Numbered from the stretch's first letter, positions 23,160 to 36,449 are shown. The stretch is DNA of 64,000 bases from Pristiophorus japonicus (GCF_044704955.1 NC_091987.1:107942001-108006000); one strand, 5' to 3'. Program-made: numbers and translations. The notes: generated from the letters alone by a model not told the origin.

Positions 23160-26100
23160 TTGCTTGACCCCGGTCCGGAAGTGAATTGGGTCTGTGGTGG
23201 ATCCATTGGTCAGGATCATGGCTTGCATGTTGTCGTGGAGAAAGCGGAGGATGGTGACAAACTTTTGGGGGACAGCCGAAACGGAGGAGGACGCTCCATA
23301 ATCCCTCATGGTTGACAGTGCCAAAGGCTTTTGTGAGGTCAAAGAAGGCCATGGACAAGGGTTGGTGCTGTTTCCCTGCAATTCTCTGATAGTTGCGTGC
23401 AGTGAAGATCATGTCCTTTGTACCCCTTAGTGAACAGAATCCGCATTGTGACTCTGAGAGGAGCTCGTCAACCACAGGGAGAAGACAGATGAGGAGGATT
23501 CTAGCGATGACTTTCCCAATAGACGACAGCAGGGAGATTCCTCTGTAGTTGCTGCAGTTGGACTTGTCCGATTTTTTGAAGGGGACTGGGAGGATAGATG
23601 CACCAACGTCAGTGTTCTCGATCAGGCCAACCTCCCCAGCATCGAAGCACTGACCACACTCGACCAGCTCCATTGGGCAGGCCACATTGTACGCATGCCT
23701 GACACAAGACTGCCAAAGCAAGCACTCTACTCGGAACTCCTACATGGCAAGCAAGCCCTAGGTGGGCAGATGAAACATTTCAAGGACTCCCTCAAAGTCT
23801 CCTTGATAAAGTGCAACAGCCCCACCGACACCTGGGAATCTCTGGCCCAAGACTCCAGGAGGGTATGTTGCCTCCCTGGTGCAAGGGTCAAGGATGTCTC
23901 GGAGCGCCTGCAGGACATTTTGGAGGGGGAGGGTGAACAGTCGTGGTGCATAAAGGTACTAACGATATAAGTAAAAAACGGGATGAGGTCCTACGAGCTG
24001 AATTTAGGGAGCTAGGAGTTCAATTAAAAAGTAGGACCTCAAAGGTAGTAATCTCAGGATTGCTACCACTGCCACATGCTAGTGAGAGTAGCACTTGCAG
24101 GATAGCTAAGATGAATACGTGGCTTGAGGAGTGGTGCAGAAGGGAGTGATTCAAATTCCTGAGACATTGGAACCGGTTCTGGGGGAGGTGGGACCAGTAC
24201 AAACCGGACGGTCTGCACCTGGGCAGGACCGGAACCAATGTCCAAGGGGGAGTGTTTGCTAGTGCTGTTGGGGAGGGGTTAAGCTAATATGGCAGGGGGA
24301 TGGGAACCTATGCAGGGAGACAGAGGGAAGTAAAATGGGGGCAGAAGCAAAAGATAGAAAGAAGAAAAGTAAAAGTGGAGGGCAGAGAAACCCAAGGCAA
24401 AAATCAAAAAGGGCCACATTACAGCAAAATTCTGAAGGGGCAAAGTGTGTTAAAAAGTCAAGCCTACAGGTTCTGTGCCTCAATGCGAGGAGTATTCGTA
24501 ATAAGGTGGACGAATTAACTGCGTAGATAGCAATTAACGAATATGATACAATTGGCATCACGGAGACATGTCTCCAGGGTGATCAAGGTTGGGAACTCAA
24601 TATCCAGGAGTATTCAACATTCAGGAAGGATAGACGGAAAGGAAAAGGAGGTGGTGTAGCGTTGCTGGTTAAAGAGGAAATTAACGCAATAATAAGGAAG
24701 GACATTAGCTTGATGATGTAGAATCTGTATGGGTGGAGCTGCGGAATACCAAAGCGCAGAAAACACTAATGGGAGTTGTGTACAGACCACCAAACAGTAG
24801 TAGTGAGGTTGGGGACAGCAGCAAACAAGAAATTAGGGATGCATGCAATAAAGGTACAGCAGTCACCATGGGCGACTTTAATCTACATATAGATTGGGCT
24901 AACCAAACTGGTAGCAATATGGTGGAGGATGATTTCCTGGAGTGTATTAGGGATGGTTTTCTAGACCAATATGTCAAGGAACCAACTAGAGGGCTGGCCA
25001 TCCTAGACTGGGTGATGTGTAATGAGAAAGGACTAATTGGCAATCTTGTTGTGCGAGGCCCCTTGGGGAAGAGTGACCATAATATGGTGGAATTCTTTAT
25101 TAAGATGGAGAGTGACACAGTTAATTCAGAGACTATGGTCCTGAATTTGAGGAAAGATAACTTTGATGGTATGAGACGTGAATTGGCTAGAATAGACTGG
25201 CAAATGATACTTAAAGGGTTGAAGGTGGATAGACAATGGCAAACATTTAAAGATCACATGGATGAACTTCTACAATTGTATATCTGGAGTAAAAATAAAA
25301 CGGGGAAGGTGGCTCAACAGTGGCCAACAAGGAAATTAAGGATAGTGTTAAATCCAAGAAAGAGGCATATAAATTGGCCAGAAAAAGCAGCAAACCTGAG
25401 GACTGGGAGAAATTTAGAATCCAGCAGAGGAGGACAAAGTGTTTAATTAGGAGGGGAAAATAGAGTATGAGAGGATGCTTGCTGGGACCATAAAAACGGA
25501 CTGCAAAAGCTTCTATAGATATGTGAAGAGAAAAAGATTAGTGAAGACAAACATAGGTCCCTTGCAGTCAGATTCATGTGAATTTATAATGGGGAACAAG
25601 GAAGTGGCAGAGCAGTTGAACAAATACTTTGGTTCTGTCTTCACGAAGGAAGACACAAATAACCTTCCGGAAATACTAGGGGACCGAGGGTCTAGTGAGA
25701 AGGAGGAACTGAAGGAAATCCTTATTAGATGGGAAATTATGTTGGAGAAATTGATGGGATTGAAGGCTGAGAAATCCCCGGGGCCTGGTAGTCTGCATCC
25801 CAGAGTACTTAAGGAAGTAGCCCTAGAAATAGTGGATGCTTTGGTGATCATTTTCCAACAGTCTATCGACTCTGGATCAGTTCCTATGGACTGGAGGGTA
25901 GCAAAGGTAACACCACTTTTTAAAAAAGGAGGGAGAGAGAAAACAGGTCATTATAGACCGGTTAGCCTGACATCAGTAGTGGGGAAAATGTTGGAATCAA
26001 TTATTAAGGATGAAATAGCAGCGCATTTGGAAAGCAGTGACAGGATCGGTCCAAGTCAGCATGGATTTCTGAAAGGGAAATCATGCTTGACAAATCTTCT

Positions 26101-27612
26101 AGAATCTTTTGAGGATGTAACTAGTTGAGTGGACAAGGGAGAACCAATGGATGTGGTATATTTGGACTTTCAAAAGGCTTTCGACAAGGTCCCACACAAG
26201 AAATTGGTGTGCAAAATTAAAGCACATGGTATTGGGGGTAATGTACTGATGTGGATAGAGAACTGGTTGGCAGATAGGAAGCAGAGAGTTGGCATTAATG
26301 GGTCCTTTTCAGAATGGCAGGCAGTGACTAGTGGCATGCCGCAGGGTTCAGTGCTGGGATCCCAGCTATTTACAATATACAATCAATGATTTGGATGAAG
26401 GAATTGAGTGTAATATCTCCAAGTTTGCGGATGACACTAAGCTGGGTGGCGGTGTGATCTGTGAGGAGGATGCTAAGAGGCTACAGGGTGACTTGGACAG
26501 GTTAGGTGAATGGGCAAATGCATGGCAGATGCAGTGTAATGTGGATAAATGTGAGGTTACCCACTTTAGTGGCAAAAACACAAAGGCAGAATATTATCTG
26601 AATGGCGGCAGATTAGGAAAAGGGGAGGTGCAACGAGACTTGGGTGTCATGGTGCATCAGTCATTGAAAGTTGGCATGCAGGTACAGCAGGCGGTGAAGG
26701 CGGCAAATGGTATGTTGGCCTTCATAGCTAGCGGAATTTAGTATAGGAGCAGGGAGGTCTTACTGTAGTTGGTGAGGCCTCACCTGGAATATTGTGTTCA
26801 GTTTTGATCTCCTAATGTGAGGAAGGACATTCTTGCTATTGAAGGAGTGCAGCGAAGGTTCACCAGACTTATTCCCGGGATGACAGGACTGACATATGAG
26901 GAGAGATTGGATCGACTGGGCCTGTATTCACTGGGGTTTAGAAGGTTAAGAGGGGATCTCATTGAAACATATAAAATTCTGACGGGACTGGACAGCTTAG
27001 ATGCAGGAAGAATGTTCCCGATGTTGGGGAAGTCCAGAACCAGAGGACACAGTCTAAGGATAAGGGGTAAGCCATTTAGGACTGAGATGAGGAGAAACTT
27101 CTTTACTCAGAGAGTTGTTAACCTGTGGAATTCTCTCCCGCAAAGAGTTGTTGATGCCAGTTCCTTGAATATATTCAAGAGGGAGTTGGATATGGCCCTT
27201 ACGGCTAAATGGATCAAGGGGTATGGAGAGAAAGCAGGAAAGGGATACTGAGGTGAATGATCAGCCATGATCTTATTGAATGGTGGTGCAGGCTCGAAGG
27301 GCCGAATGACCTACTCCTGCACCTATTTTCGATGTTTCTATGTTTCTATGACCGCCCTAAGTGGAGAAAGAGCATCCGGGAGGGCGCTGAGCACCTCGAG
27401 TCTCGTCACCGAGAGCATGCAGAAACCAAGCGCAGACAGTGGAAGGAGCGTGCGGCAAACCAGACTCCCCACCCACCCTTTCCTTCAACCACTGTCTGCC
27501 ACACCTGTGACAGAGACTGTAATTCCCGTATTGGACTATACTGTCACCTGAGAACTCACTTTTAGAATGGAAGCAAGTCTTCCTCGATTTCGAGGGACTG
27601 CCTATGATGATG
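23160..27612 (+). mobile_element. 5'-inverted RTE LINE: inverted 23160-23581, forward 23585-23853 and 27350-27612; split by a CR1
   Basis: Minus NYRGISLLS...AFFDLTKAF...TGVKQ; plus RMPDTRLPKQALYSEL; (TGA)n tail; TGCCTCA on both flanks. Confidence 0.85.
23854..27349 (+). mobile_element. Near-full-length CR1 (ORF1 SGNH esterase part, ORF2 APE endonuclease and RT), inactivated
   Basis: VCCLPGARVKDV, GTND and DGLHL in ORF1; LNARSI, VYRPP, GDFN and SDH in APE; FADD in RT; several stops and frameshifts. Confidence 0.95.
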
Positions 27613-28498
27613 GAGATGCCTCAATGCATGATAAATTCATAAATCAGTAACTAGGAATATATGCAAATTAACAGAACAAGAATTTAAACTTTGGGATAGG
27701 TCCCAACGGTCCGGAGTATGCACTGCATGCACAGAAAAATTCAAACACCCCAGGCTTAGACCAATCATCATTTTCTACAATCATATCTTCCTACACTCAT
27801 ACAGATAGATGGATAGATAGATGAATCACGCTTCAACTATAGCCACTCTAAAATAAAAAAACCTGCCTTTCCCCTTTGTCTGTGTGGAACATTTTTCTAT
27901 TCAGCTTTCACTTGGGTGTCTCCGAGAGAGTGCTGCCAAATTACTACCAATCTGGGGCAGTTTTCTGTTGAGGACTGGATGAGGCTAGTTTTACTTGTGG
28001 TACTTAAAGGAATAATGTACACTTAAAGGCACAGTATGCACTCAGCAGTCAATCACACCATGCTCCTGTTACAATTTACTGATGCGTTATCTCATCACTA
28101 CAGAAGGTCTACCGATTTTAATGAGGATTGTGGAGAAAAGGGGTTAAATATTGTGGGATTGGGGCTTACCTTGACTCGAGAAGCAGGGAATTTTAAAGCA
28201 GAGAAGGTTAAGGGGAGATTTAATAGAGGTGTTCAGAATTATGGGGGTGTTTGGGTGGAGTAAATAGGGAGCAACTGTTTCCTTTGGCAAGAGGGTCGGT
28301 AACCAGAGGACACAGATTTAAGGTAATTGGCAAAAGAACCAGAGGGTAAATGAGGAGAAATTTAGTGTCTGGCCATCATGGTGTGTAGCTGGTTTGATGG
28401 ACCAGCTGGACTTTTCCTACCCCTCAATTTTGTACGTTTGTATGTCCGTAAGTGAGAAAATAAAGCCAGCCTTTCTTTGTAAATGTTGTAAACAGTAC

Positions 28499-28698
28499 CT
28501 GCAATGTGGAAACCACCTCATCTCCGATCTCCTTGGTGGACACAATGTAACGGAACATGCGCTCCGGGTCAATTATGGTGTCTTCTTTTTCCCAGCGGAC
28601 AATAATGGGCTTCTCTCCATGAGCAGTGCAGCTGACCTCTTTCTTCTGGCCCTGGGTTGCCAAGGTGGTGTTTGGGTATGACGTGATCATGGCAGGGA
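28499..28698 (-). CDS. DSCAM: DSCAM coding exon, N-terminal part of Ig domain 9 (equivalent to human exon 12)
   Basis: 200 bp between acceptor ttttgtttttgcag and donor gtactg; phase 1 to phase 0. Translates (I)[66 protein letters not shown], near-identical to vertebrate DSCAM. Confidence 0.96.
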
Positions 28699-29924
28699 CT
28701 GCAAAAACAAAAGCACACGCTGGTCAACCTGAGCCTTGGTCAAGGGCCGAGTTAGAACCGCAACTCCCTTGGAGGGTGCAAATATTGGGCTGCGATGATT
28801 AGAAATTCACCTTCTAACACATTTACCTGGTGCTTTTAATAGAGAAAACCATCCCAAGGTACTTCGCAGCTATTAATCACTGGTCCGTCAGGAAATGTAC
28901 TTGAACCAACTCTTTTTAACCACTTAAATCAATGACCATGTAACCTGCTTAAACTTCACTCTCGCTATTTGTAAATCCCTATTGCATAACATCACCTGAT
29001 AACACATTCACCGAAAATGGCTTGTTCCACGAGATAAACATCCCAAGGCGCTTAACAATGGCATTATAAAACAACATTTGACATCGAGCCACATAATGGG
29101 ATATTAGGGCAGTTGAGATGCGGGTTTGAAAGAGCACCTTAAAGGAGGAAGGGGAGGTAGAGAGACATAGGCCCCTATTTTTGCCATGATTGGCGTCAAA
29201 TCCTCAGTTTCCAATTTTCGCCAACATTTGTACGCCAGCGCAGACCATGTATGCCAGTTTAAGCATTTTTGGTGCAGACACAAGTGAAAACAGGCTCGGG
29301 CGCCGTTTTCTGCAGTTAGGCGGTTTTGACCGCCCACGATTTTTTCAGCGCGGCGCACACTACCATAAAGCCTCGGAAAAAAAACCTTCTGGTAACTTAA
29401 TGAAATCGGCGCAGCACACAAAAGGACATTGGGGCCAGGTAAAATAAAGTACAAATGCAGGGATTATTTTGGACAGGGTACTTTCAAAATAACTCGGAAA
29501 GTAATTTTAGAGCGAGACAATGTACTAAACAAATGTATACATATTTTGAAGGGAGGGAACTGAAATAACTTTGCTGGGTTAGGGTTAGGGTGGTTCTTTC
29601 TCACCCAAATTGCAACTGTCCACCCCGAAACAATCGTTGCTGGCCGGGCTCGAGGCACGTGTCGCGGGCTCGGCCGGACACAAGCACCAGAGCCCGGGAG
29701 AATCACTGTAGTGAGCATGCGGAAGGGGACTTTTGTGCACAGGCACAGCAGCAAGCTAGAAATCAGCATTTGTCACAGGTGACCCAAGAGAATCACTGTA
29801 CAAACAAATAAACACATGCGCAGATCACTGTGTGGTCCGATCTAGGGCGTCACCCAGCCTTGTGGAGCAAAACGGAGGAGAGGTGTCAGTGATATAAGTA
29901 TTTATCTGCATAATAACAATAATA

Positions 29925-31143
29925 ATGGGTGCAATTTTTAGCATGCCTGATGTGATAAGGGTGTTGGACATACATGGCATGCACATGCAGAGACGATGAA
30001 TAATTTGACGCTGATATCGGGGAGGCCAATTGATGGGGAGGAGGCCTTTCCCTCAGCGAGTCTATAGGGAGAGGCGCTCATATCTGCAACTGAGTGAGGC
30101 AGACTGCGTTCACAGGCTGCGATTCAGAAAGGAGGTCATCACTGAGATCTTCCAACTAATCAGGGCAGACATACTGTGAAGAAGTGGAAGGAGGACCGCC
30201 CTCCCTGTAGAAGTAAAGGTAACAGCAGCACTTGCCTTCTATGCTACAGGATCATTTCAAGCTTCAACTGGGGACATATACTCGATCTCTCAGCACATCA
30301 TCCATTGCCGCATTCGACAGGTGACTGATGCACTGTATGCCAAAAGGGACCAGTTCATCACTTTCCCTATGACCACACAGGCAATGAGAGACAGGGCTGT
30401 GGGGTTTTCCAGAATTGCTGGCTTCCCCAGGGTACAGGGTACGATTGACTGTACCCACATTGCCTTGAGAGCACCCTTGCAAGATTCCGAAGTTTACCGC
30501 AACAGGAAAGGGTTCCACTCCCTAAATGTGCAGCTGGTGTGTGACGATCTGCAGAGGATCATAGCAGTGGATGCCAAATATCCAGGTAGGTAGCATCCAT
30601 GATGCTTTCATCCTACGTGAGAGCATTATATCTGTGATGTTTCAGGAGCTGCCAGAAGGGCAGAGCTGGTTGCTCGGGGACAAAGGTTATGGGCTCGCCA
30701 CCTGGCTTATGACCCCCCACCTACGAAAACCCCGCACTGAGGCAGAGCGTCAGTACAATATATCCCACATAATGACACGGAGCATCATGGAAAGGACAAT
30801 TGGCGTTTTAAAGCAGTGTTTCCGATGCCTGATCCACTCTGGAAGCTATCTGCAATATTCCCCTCACCATGTCGCTCAGTTCACTGTCGTGTGCTGGTTG
30901 CTGCACAACTTGGCCACCGTGAGGGGACAGGTACGGGACACTGAAGATTCTCCTGAGAGGAGAAGGAGGGATAAGGATTCGGAAGAGGCTGACGAGGAAG
31001 AGGAGGAGGAGGACCAGCAGCAGGAGGAGGAACCACCTCAAGCCGCAGGACGACGGCGGAGGAGGGTGGGGCGACCAAGGGAACCTCTAGCCATTGCCAG
31101 AGACTTGGATCAGTGGCTAATCCGTGAACCTTTTTCTGCCTGA
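29925..31143 (+). pseudogene. Harbinger DDE transposase (HARBI1-like), disrupted
   Basis: ALAFYATGSFQ, GTIDCTH, YRNRKGFHSLNVQ, HDAFIL, LLGDKGY and MERTIGVLK motifs; early stops and a 4-bp duplication at about 30585-30592. Confidence 0.92.
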
Positions 31144-31512
31144 AGGCTAAACTGTGGCACAGTTGATTATAGTGTCGCACCATGTTGACTGTTTTCACCT
31201 GTTTGCACTTTTAATAATGTTATGTTGGTTTATGTTGGTTAAATTTACAAAATAATGCACTAATTCTGGTTAAATTAAAAGAATAGGTTTATTAGATATT
31301 TGTACATTTGTACTTAACTTTAATAAAACATTTAACTTTTCAATGAAGAAATATCAAACTTTAAAATTTTCAATTAACATGTATCAAACTTTAAACTTCT
31401 CACAAACTTTAATATTTTCAATTAACAAAACTTTATTGTATCAAAATTTTCTGTTAACAAAACAAGTAACAGCAAGATACAAATATCTCTCCTCCCCCTG
31501 ATTCAACAACCA

Positions 31513-33031
31513 CTAGCGCGTAGTGCCCCTCCTGCGCACCTTGGTGCCCCTACCCTTAGCCCTGTCTGTTGGCGCAGCAGACTTCCTCGGCTCCCCCGGT
31601 GAGCCCAAGGGTATATTTTTTTGTCTTTTGTTGGTGGGGTTGGACAGGGCTAGACCTAGTGGACACCTTTCTGGAAGGCCCGTGTTCATCTTCATCTTCT
31701 TTCTCAAGCTGTGGACCACCCTGCAGCACAGTCCCTGAGGGTAGTCTGGGGATGATTTGAAAGGCAGCGTCGATGCCGCCAGTTGGTGTTGTTGAATGAC
31801 AACCTGGGTGTGTTCCCTTATTGGAGCAGCTACCTGAAAATTTCCAGCACATATGTCAGACGATTTCCCCATCAGCTGTCCCGACAGTGTATAAAGTGCA
31901 TCCACCATTCCCTCCCTAATCTGCCCCGCCAGTGGTGGTCCTATTCCTCCAGACAGTGTTGCTACTTCTCCTGACAGTCCCACAACTTCTACCCTCACCT
32001 TACCCATGGTGTCCAGGAGCAACCTGGTTAGCTGTATACTCTCCCAACTCATTCCAATGAGCTGTACCATGTCTACCTGCGCTTGTGGACTGTCCTTTCC
32101 ACCCTCCTTCGCCGTCTCCCACCTGTGCCTTGCTCCACTACCCTATTGGGCTTCCCTCTCACAGTTGTGCATTGCTGGACCACACTGGGACCCGCATCTT
32201 GATCCATGGGCTCCACCGGCTGGAGGTCCAATATGAGCATCTGATCAGTGGGAGGGGATCGTCATGCTGGCCTTCATCCAAATCGTCCTGCTCAAAATCA
32301 GGAAACAATTCTGGACTCTCTTCTGGATGTCCTTCCCGTGCTACATCTGCTGGTACTTCTGCTTGTCCTTCTGGATCACCTTCTGCCTCTTCCTGACGCA
32401 CAGCTACTGTAAAACATATTGAAAACATCCATTAAAGCCTAGCTAGCCCAAGCAGTATTTAGCCAACCCACAGTGCAAATTTCAGGGTTTACCTTGTCTA
32501 TTTGACCCGGGCCCAGTGGCCATATTGGTGGTGGATCCTCTCCGGTGAGCTTTCATCAGATCAGAGATCCTCTGTTCCAGCTGGCTCAATTGCAGCTTAC
32601 TTGGTGGACCTCCACCAGTACGATTCCTGCGGTTCCTGATCTTTGCATTCTTCAACTGTAAAGATGAAAATAGAACTTTTTCAGAGTGTGTCCTTCTGCT
32701 GTGGTGGCCACACACACACACACACACACACATTTATAAATGTAATTGCAGTGCGTACTTACTTTAACTAATTGTCCTAGGTCCTGCCACTTCTTTTTCA
32801 GCTGCCGGCCGATTCTCCGGATGATGGCTACTGCATTGTACTCCACAGCAACATCATCCTAACGGTGAGCCATTGTAGCAGGTTTTACTTTTTTCGCTTG
32901 TCCCCCTGAGTTGCCAGCAGATCCCATTTCCTCTCAATGACATCTACCAGGGATACCACATCGTGTGGGAGAAATCGAACGGCCCTATCTTCTCCTCCTT
33001 AGAATTCCTCTTCCACTTCCCTCTCAGCCAT
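31513..33031 (-). pseudogene. Harbinger Myb/SANT-like DNA-binding gene (NAIF1/MSANTD-like), three exons: 33031-32763, 32655-32493 and 32406-about 31513
   Basis: RAVRF...SLVDVIERKWDLL...RQLKKKWQDL, then RNRTGGGPP, then an acidic tail; GT-AG introns join in frame; stops and frameshifts present. Confidence 0.85.
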
Positions 33032-33362
33032 GTTTTGCAGGTTTTAATGCTCAGAATTGCAGAAGGATTTAGCCAGCACGATCCGATCACAAAAGGAAAA
33101 ATGATCCGATCACAAAGGCATCTTTAAAAATGTCTGATCTAGACCAGGAAGTTTTTTTTTCGCACATGCCCAGAGAGTTTTTAGCGCAGATTTGAAGCTC
33201 CGCGCCCCTCCCCAGACTAACTTTGGAGAGCGTGGCGCCAAATTCAAATATTTGTTTGGCGAAAGTCCCGATTTTTTTTTTCTGGCTCAAATGTACAAAA
33301 AAAAATTGTACGTTAATACCCACGGGCGCTAAACATGCAGCAAATGGAAAGTAGGGGCCTTC

Positions 33363-34074
33363 GTCCTAGAAATTGGGCTCCTTAGCATCTCCCGTTATCA
33401 CCTCCGGGGGGGGCACTATCGAGTCTCCAACCACTTACCGACGGAGCAGCGCGATAAACGATTCCCGATAAAATCGCCGTGAGGTTTACGGCAGCGGTAA
33501 GACATTGCGCCATGATTTCCTTCGCTTGGAGATCGTGACGTCATCACCGTGCACATCACCCCGGTAGCGCCCCAGATCCAAACTTGGGTTCTGCGCCCTG
33601 CAGCATTGTGAGGCAACAACACTGACAGCTGCAGGAGCCGTTGAACGGGAGACCGGGCGCTTCGGGAGGGCGAAAGTTAAAGGTGAGGTGGCCGAGGTAA
33701 GTAAAAAAATGTAAAACATTGTTTTTCTTCTTTTTTTAGGTTACTCTCCTGCCGCGATCGATCAGCCCGGCATTCTGCTGCAGTGCATCGGGCTGATCAG
33801 GCCGGATCGCGGCTGCCACCTGGGGTCCAGGTGAGTTTTTCCTTTGCAGGGCCTGCAGCAATGGCCTTTCCCTTTAAGGGTGGGAAGGAGCCCCTGAACA
33901 TGACAGCGCTGCACAACTTCCGCTCCACCTGCTGCCCGTTGTGCACCAGGAAGGAAGTAGAGCGCCTGATTTAGCATTCCACTTCCTTCCTGCAGGGCAA
34001 CCCCCGAGTTTTTTTACAGTTGAAAATCATTAATTCTTTCAGCTTTTAAAAGTCGGTGCTCATGAATTTCTCCC
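33363..34074. mobile_element. Harbinger-type MITE abutting the full-length element
   Basis: Ends GTCCTAGAAATT and AATTTCTCCC. Confidence 0.65.
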
Positions 34075-34892
34075 TAGAGAGGTTTAGGGAGGGAGTTCCA
34101 GAGCTTGGAGCCTCGGCAGCTGAAGGCAAGACCACCAATGGTGGAACAATTCAAATCGGGGATGCTCAAGAGGCCGGAATTAGAGGAGCTCCGGCATCTT
34201 GGGGGGTTGTGGGACTGGAGGAGATTACAGAGATAGGGAGGGGCAAGGCCATGGAGGGATTTGAAAACAAGGATGAGAATTTTGAAATCGAGGCGTTGCT
34301 TAACTGGAAGCCAATGTAGGCCAGCGAGCACAGGGGTGATGGGTGAGCGGGACTTGGGACCCAAGCAGCAGAGATTCCCATGGTTCTACTGATTACTTGC
34401 ATTCCTAATGAGGATTCATTGTCAATGAAGATCATGGACATTGTATCTTACAGATGTATTTATTTTTCCAAAGGAGGTTTCCTCCCTATCTCTCATTTGG
34501 GTGGGTGACCACATTCCAAGCACCAATCATGGGTACAGGTGGCAAATGGATTACCACCTCCGTGAGCCTGGGGAGTTTGGTCACTTCGACCTGTGCCAAA
34601 ACACTCCAGGGTCACTCTCTCTCTCTCTCCAATTTTCTTGGCAGGAAAGAAGGAAGCTGGCCAGTCTTTGGCAGCTACTTGCATTGGACCTGACTAGCTC
34701 CGAGAACTTAATGAGGCACAGCTATATAACCAGTAAAGGAGCAAGTGACATACAATAACATTAGTGATAAATAAAGATGCCTTCTTGGAACTCAAGATAG
34801 TTGTAACTTTACAATTGTCTCTGGGTTACGGAAGGGAAATCTCAGCCAGAGTTCCCGCTCTTAACTGGCCCTCTGTTGGAAAGGGCAGGGTT

Positions 34893-35140
34893 GAGAACAT
34901 AAGAAGATAAGAAATAGGAGCAGGAGTAGGCCATTTGGCCCCTCGAGCCTGCTCCACCATTCAATAAGATCATGGCTGATCTGATCATGGGCTCAGCTCC
35001 ACTTCCCTGCCCGCTCCCCATAACCCTTTACTCACTTATCGCTCAAAAATCTGTCTATCCTCGCCTTAAATATATTCAATGACCCAGCCTCCACAGCTCT
35101 CTGGAGCAGAGAATTCCATAGATTTACAGCCCTCTGAGAG
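34893..35140 (-). mobile_element. CR1 3' end inserted in an old SINE-like element
   Basis: Tail and 3'UTR similar to the reverse complement of 4960-5200. Confidence 0.88.
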
Positions 35141-36449
35141 AAGGGTTGGGCTCTGCCATCCCACATCAGGGTTGAATAGCCTGCTGGCACTCACTGTCCA
35201 GGCTCAAACCCAAGCAATAGCCCCAAGAAAGGTTTGCATGTCTACAACACCTTATCCTGTCTCTCGAGCAACATCCCAAAAGCACTTCACAAATGACTTT
35301 GATCTGTTCTTGTTCCACACAGGCAGCCATTTTTTGTGCACGGCAAGATCCCGCAAAGAGCCAATGAGAAGCGGTGAATGGCCAGTTTTTGGTTGAGAGG
35401 AGGTTGTTGGCCGGGAGAATTCGCTACTCCTCTTCGCGTTGCACCATGAGATCGTTCAGATCCACCTGAGCTACAGGACCAAGCACGTCGGAGTTTGAAG
35501 CAACGTCCATGGGACAGCATGTCCGGAAGAGCAATGCTGCTTCGGTGCCGGGCTATAAAGTGTCAGCCTTTTATCATGTCTCAAGTCCAGCAGCGCGAGC
35601 AATTGAGTAATTGGTGAGCTATCGGGGACAGGTTTGGGCGGGGGTGGGGGTGGGTAGGAGACGGTATGATGGCCAGGAATTTGTGCCTCTGCATCAGCCA
35701 GATTGCTCAAAAGAGTAATGGGGGGAAAAAGACTCTGATAGCTGCAGCTATTCTGTCATTACGTTTGTCATTGTGGGAGCTTTGAGGAGAATTGCAGCTC
35801 CACAACCTCAGAGCGTACAGTTATGGGCTTGACAGCTTGTTAGTTTGCACTGGTTGTCAGGACCCAGGCAGCAAGGAAGATTCTTTTGATGTCAGGCTTG
35901 TAATATCCAGCTGTTTGCTTGTCTGCTTCATGAAATCTGTGCAACCTGCCATGATTTCCCATCCTAGTCTGCAGCTTGGAATCACGTGACTATTGTTTCT
36001 GGCTTTATCCCGTCAGCTCTGCTACTCTTTTCAAATGCCCTGCACAGGATTTCTTTCATAAAACAATGCAGGCTTTTATCACCCTGGATCAAATCGCTGC
36101 ACCACCGAGAGCAACAATAGCTCTCATGACAGACTGTATTCTGCCGTCCTGCCCAAAAGTGACAGCGGAAATGGGAGCAAAATTCGACGGGGAGGACTAT
36201 CACATTCACACCCCAAGCTGAATTTCCTTTCCCCCAACACCACCCCTCCACCCCCCCCCAAACCTTGCCAGATGAAGCACAACTGCTCTTTCGAAGAGTC
36301 GGTATTGGCAAGATGGGCCGATTGGCCTCTTGCTGTGCTGTACGTTTCGCTGATTCTACGGCTGGGAACGGCCCTCCCTGCCCTGCTGACTGCATTCAAA
36401 CACTTATGAGCCCACATCCCGTGAACAAATAAATAAAATAAGAATTCTC

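Larger units (their letters stand above)
29170..33359. mobile_element. Full-length decayed PIF/Harbinger DNA transposon
   Basis: TIRs GGCCCCTATTTT and GGAAAGTAGGGGCC; convergent transposase and Myb/SANT genes. Confidence 0.9.
29030..34365 (-). mobile_element. L2 3' end split into 29030-29169 and 34075-34365 by the Harbinger plus MITE
   Basis: GAGGTAGAGAGACA resumes as GAGAGGTTTAGGGAGGG; ORF 34074-34364 LHWLPVKQRLDFKIL. Confidence 0.85.

Noticed and set aside
29925-33031. Domesticated HARBI1 or NAIF1 host genes
   Set aside because: TIRs, in-frame stops and frameshifts show a decayed transposon.
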